Source: Octopus sinensis
Taxonomy: Eukaryota
Length of the DNA: 64,000 bases
Direction: 5' to 3'
NCBI RefSeq assembly: GCF_006345805.1
Contig: NC_043018.1
Coordinates: 27,776,001 to 27,840,000, forward strand
Of the stretch, positions 61,832 to 64,000 are shown in pieces. A program made the position numbers and the translations under genes. Numbering within the stretch: the first letter of the stretch is position 1; every line of letters begins with the position of its first letter. The notes under the pieces are model-generated. The model had not been told where the DNA came from. It did no database searches and was given only the letters and a program-made list of their open reading frames with translations.

Positions 61832-62503
61832 TTTATATAATACATGAGCATGTTATGAAAAATGACCCAACACGCATCTAGATATAGGTAAATAATATAC
61901 TGATTGCTAACCTCCAGCCTGTTGTTAATTTGGAGCCCTAGTCTGAATTAAGGATAGCTTCCTTCATTCTTAGATTATGCAAATTTCTTTCATCTTTTTG
62001 TGAGTATTTGTAAATAAGGAGAAAGAAACATTAGAGAATTTTCAGATCATGGTTATTCAAGTATAAATATATAGATATTTATATAATAATATAGCAAACT
62101 TACACAGAATACAAACGACAGAGAAAATTAAAGGGGAGAAGTTATGGTGTCCGACAGCTGTTTCTGGGGGGATCAGGCATCCTTTATAATGTTGACAGAT
62201 GTAATTCATCACAATATACAACCTGTAATGGAAGTAAATAAACACTAGATGAATTCAGCTTCCGTCTTCAAGGTGGAGAGATAAAAATCTGACATTTCAG
62301 ATCACGATGGAAAGAAGTTTAAATGCGTAATAGATAAAGTGGAGGTAAGTAGTAATGGGGAAAGGAGAAAGGAAGTTAGTAGCTCGGTGTGGGTGTAGGA
62401 AGTGTTAAAACAGAGAGAGAGAGAGAGTACATACATATATATACGTCTCTTACAGACGTATAATATGTATGAATCACCCTCTGTCTCTTTATGTATTTAT
62501 GAA

Positions 62504-62544
<41 letters not shown>

Positions 62545-63589
62545 GAAATATGTTACGAAAAGAAAATATAACATACACGTGGAAATGTAAGGGTAAAATA
62601 TGAAAAATCAACGAAAATGCATATTGCAAATAGAAAAAGGCTATTTATGACAGGTAACGACAAATATATACATTTAGATTGACTGAAGTAGTAATACGAG
62701 TCATAAAAGTCATTATTATGAGATGATTATAAGATGATAATAAAGTAAGAGAACAAAACGAACCAATAGTTTACGCAAAGCTATTCATCGTTTGAACAAC
62801 ACCAGTTAATACTATATATATATATAAATTTAATACACAACCGAAAGAGCTTCTAATAGTTTCATGCTTTTATGATACTTTAGCTAAGCACATTTATAAA
62901 ATACGTCATGTATTTCCAAAAAATGTAAACTGGTATATGCAAAAGTGGTTGGCGTATTTTTTCTTAAACCACTTTCGGATATACTGATGTACTTTTGCTT
63001 ATGAATTTCATTATTTTAGAACTCTGAGGTAACTTCAGCTTCAGAAGCCATCGAGCTAATCAAGTATGATTAAACCACTGAGCTAGTCGAATGGGCAAGT
63101 TTCTGCGTCTCGACAGTTACAACATAGAGTGAGCATTTGGTGTGACTAGCGATTCATAATATTTTCCATGTCGGGGCAGCAGCTGTATGAAACTTTCAGT
63201 GGATGTCTATTAAAAATTTTCTTGTATCTATGGTTATGTGGGAAATGCTTATCAATAAACTTTCAAAGGAAAAGATGGGACAAGCAATATAATCTTCCTA
63301 GTTCTGTTTTTAGGCTTCATATTTTTAAGTATAGGGTTGTTATCTTTTCTTTGAAACCACATGATATTCTCTATCAATAAATGAAAAGTAGTTTTTTTTT
63401 TATTTTCTACTTGCTTCAATCATGCGGTCAAGCTGGGGCACAGCTTGCAAGAGCGATCCTAGTCGTTATTTTAAGTCTGGAACTTATTCAACAGACTTCT
63501 TTTTCCCGAACTGTTTGGTTACAGGGGTCATAAACAAACCAACACCAGTTGGCAAGTGTTGACAGTCTTTCACAAAGACGCACCCGCCA

Positions 63590-63620
63590 TATCAATCAAT
63601 CAATCAATCAATCATTTAAT

Positions 63621-63686
<66 letters not shown>

Positions 63687-63757
63687 GTCTGTCTGTCTGT
63701 CTGTCTATCTGTCTGTCTGTCTGTTTGTCTGTCTTCCGTCCGTCCGTTCGTCTGTCG

Positions 63758-63791
<34 letters not shown>

Positions 63792-63861
63792 ATCTATCTG
63801 TCAGTCTGTCTGTCTGACTGTCGTCTGTGTCTGTCCGTCCGTCTGTCTGTCTGTCTCTTTC

Positions 63862-63899
<38 letters not shown>

Positions 63900-64000
63900 A
63901 ATCTATCTATCTATCTATCTGTCTGTCTGTCTGTCTGTCTGCCTGCTTGTCTGTCTTCCGTCCGTTCGTCTGTCGGTCTGTCTTTCTGTCTGTCCGTCTC
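63590..64000. repeat. (ATCA)n/(TATC)n/(TGTC)n microsatellites
   Basis: Direct inspection. Confidence 0.95.

Noticed and set aside
62145-62185. GAAACAGCTGTC hammerhead 3' half on the minus strand
   Set aside because: No properly placed CUGANGA found.

Overview
Eukaryotic, AT-rich, repeat-saturated non-genic DNA (intronic or intergenic). The SINE families and the very high microsatellite density suggest an octopus/cephalopod genome; this is an inference and no database search was run. No host protein-coding gene can be supported, and almost all ORFs in the track are microsatellite artefacts. Recognisable content: (1) two long Penelope-like retroelements (RT + GIY-YIG), one on the minus strand at ~21.2-24.4 kb (Neptune-like) and one of ~8.6 kb on the plus strand at ~37.3-45.9 kb (Naiad-like), the latter with direct pseudo-LTRs each carrying a hammerhead ribozyme and a ~4.7-kb non-coding tail of ~1-kb tandem repeats; (2) about ten type I hammerhead-ribozyme motifs from at least five sequence families, several in non-coding or inverted-repeat elements sitting in (TA)n tracts; (3) decayed DNA transposons (mariner, DD37D/maT-like, Chapaev3-like) and MITEs, one nested in another; (4) R4/Dong-like and RTE LINE fragments; (5) many tRNA-derived SINEs of about four families; (6) a local inverted duplication flanked by a 15-bp direct repeat. 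Coordinates were read by eye and element ends are approximate.
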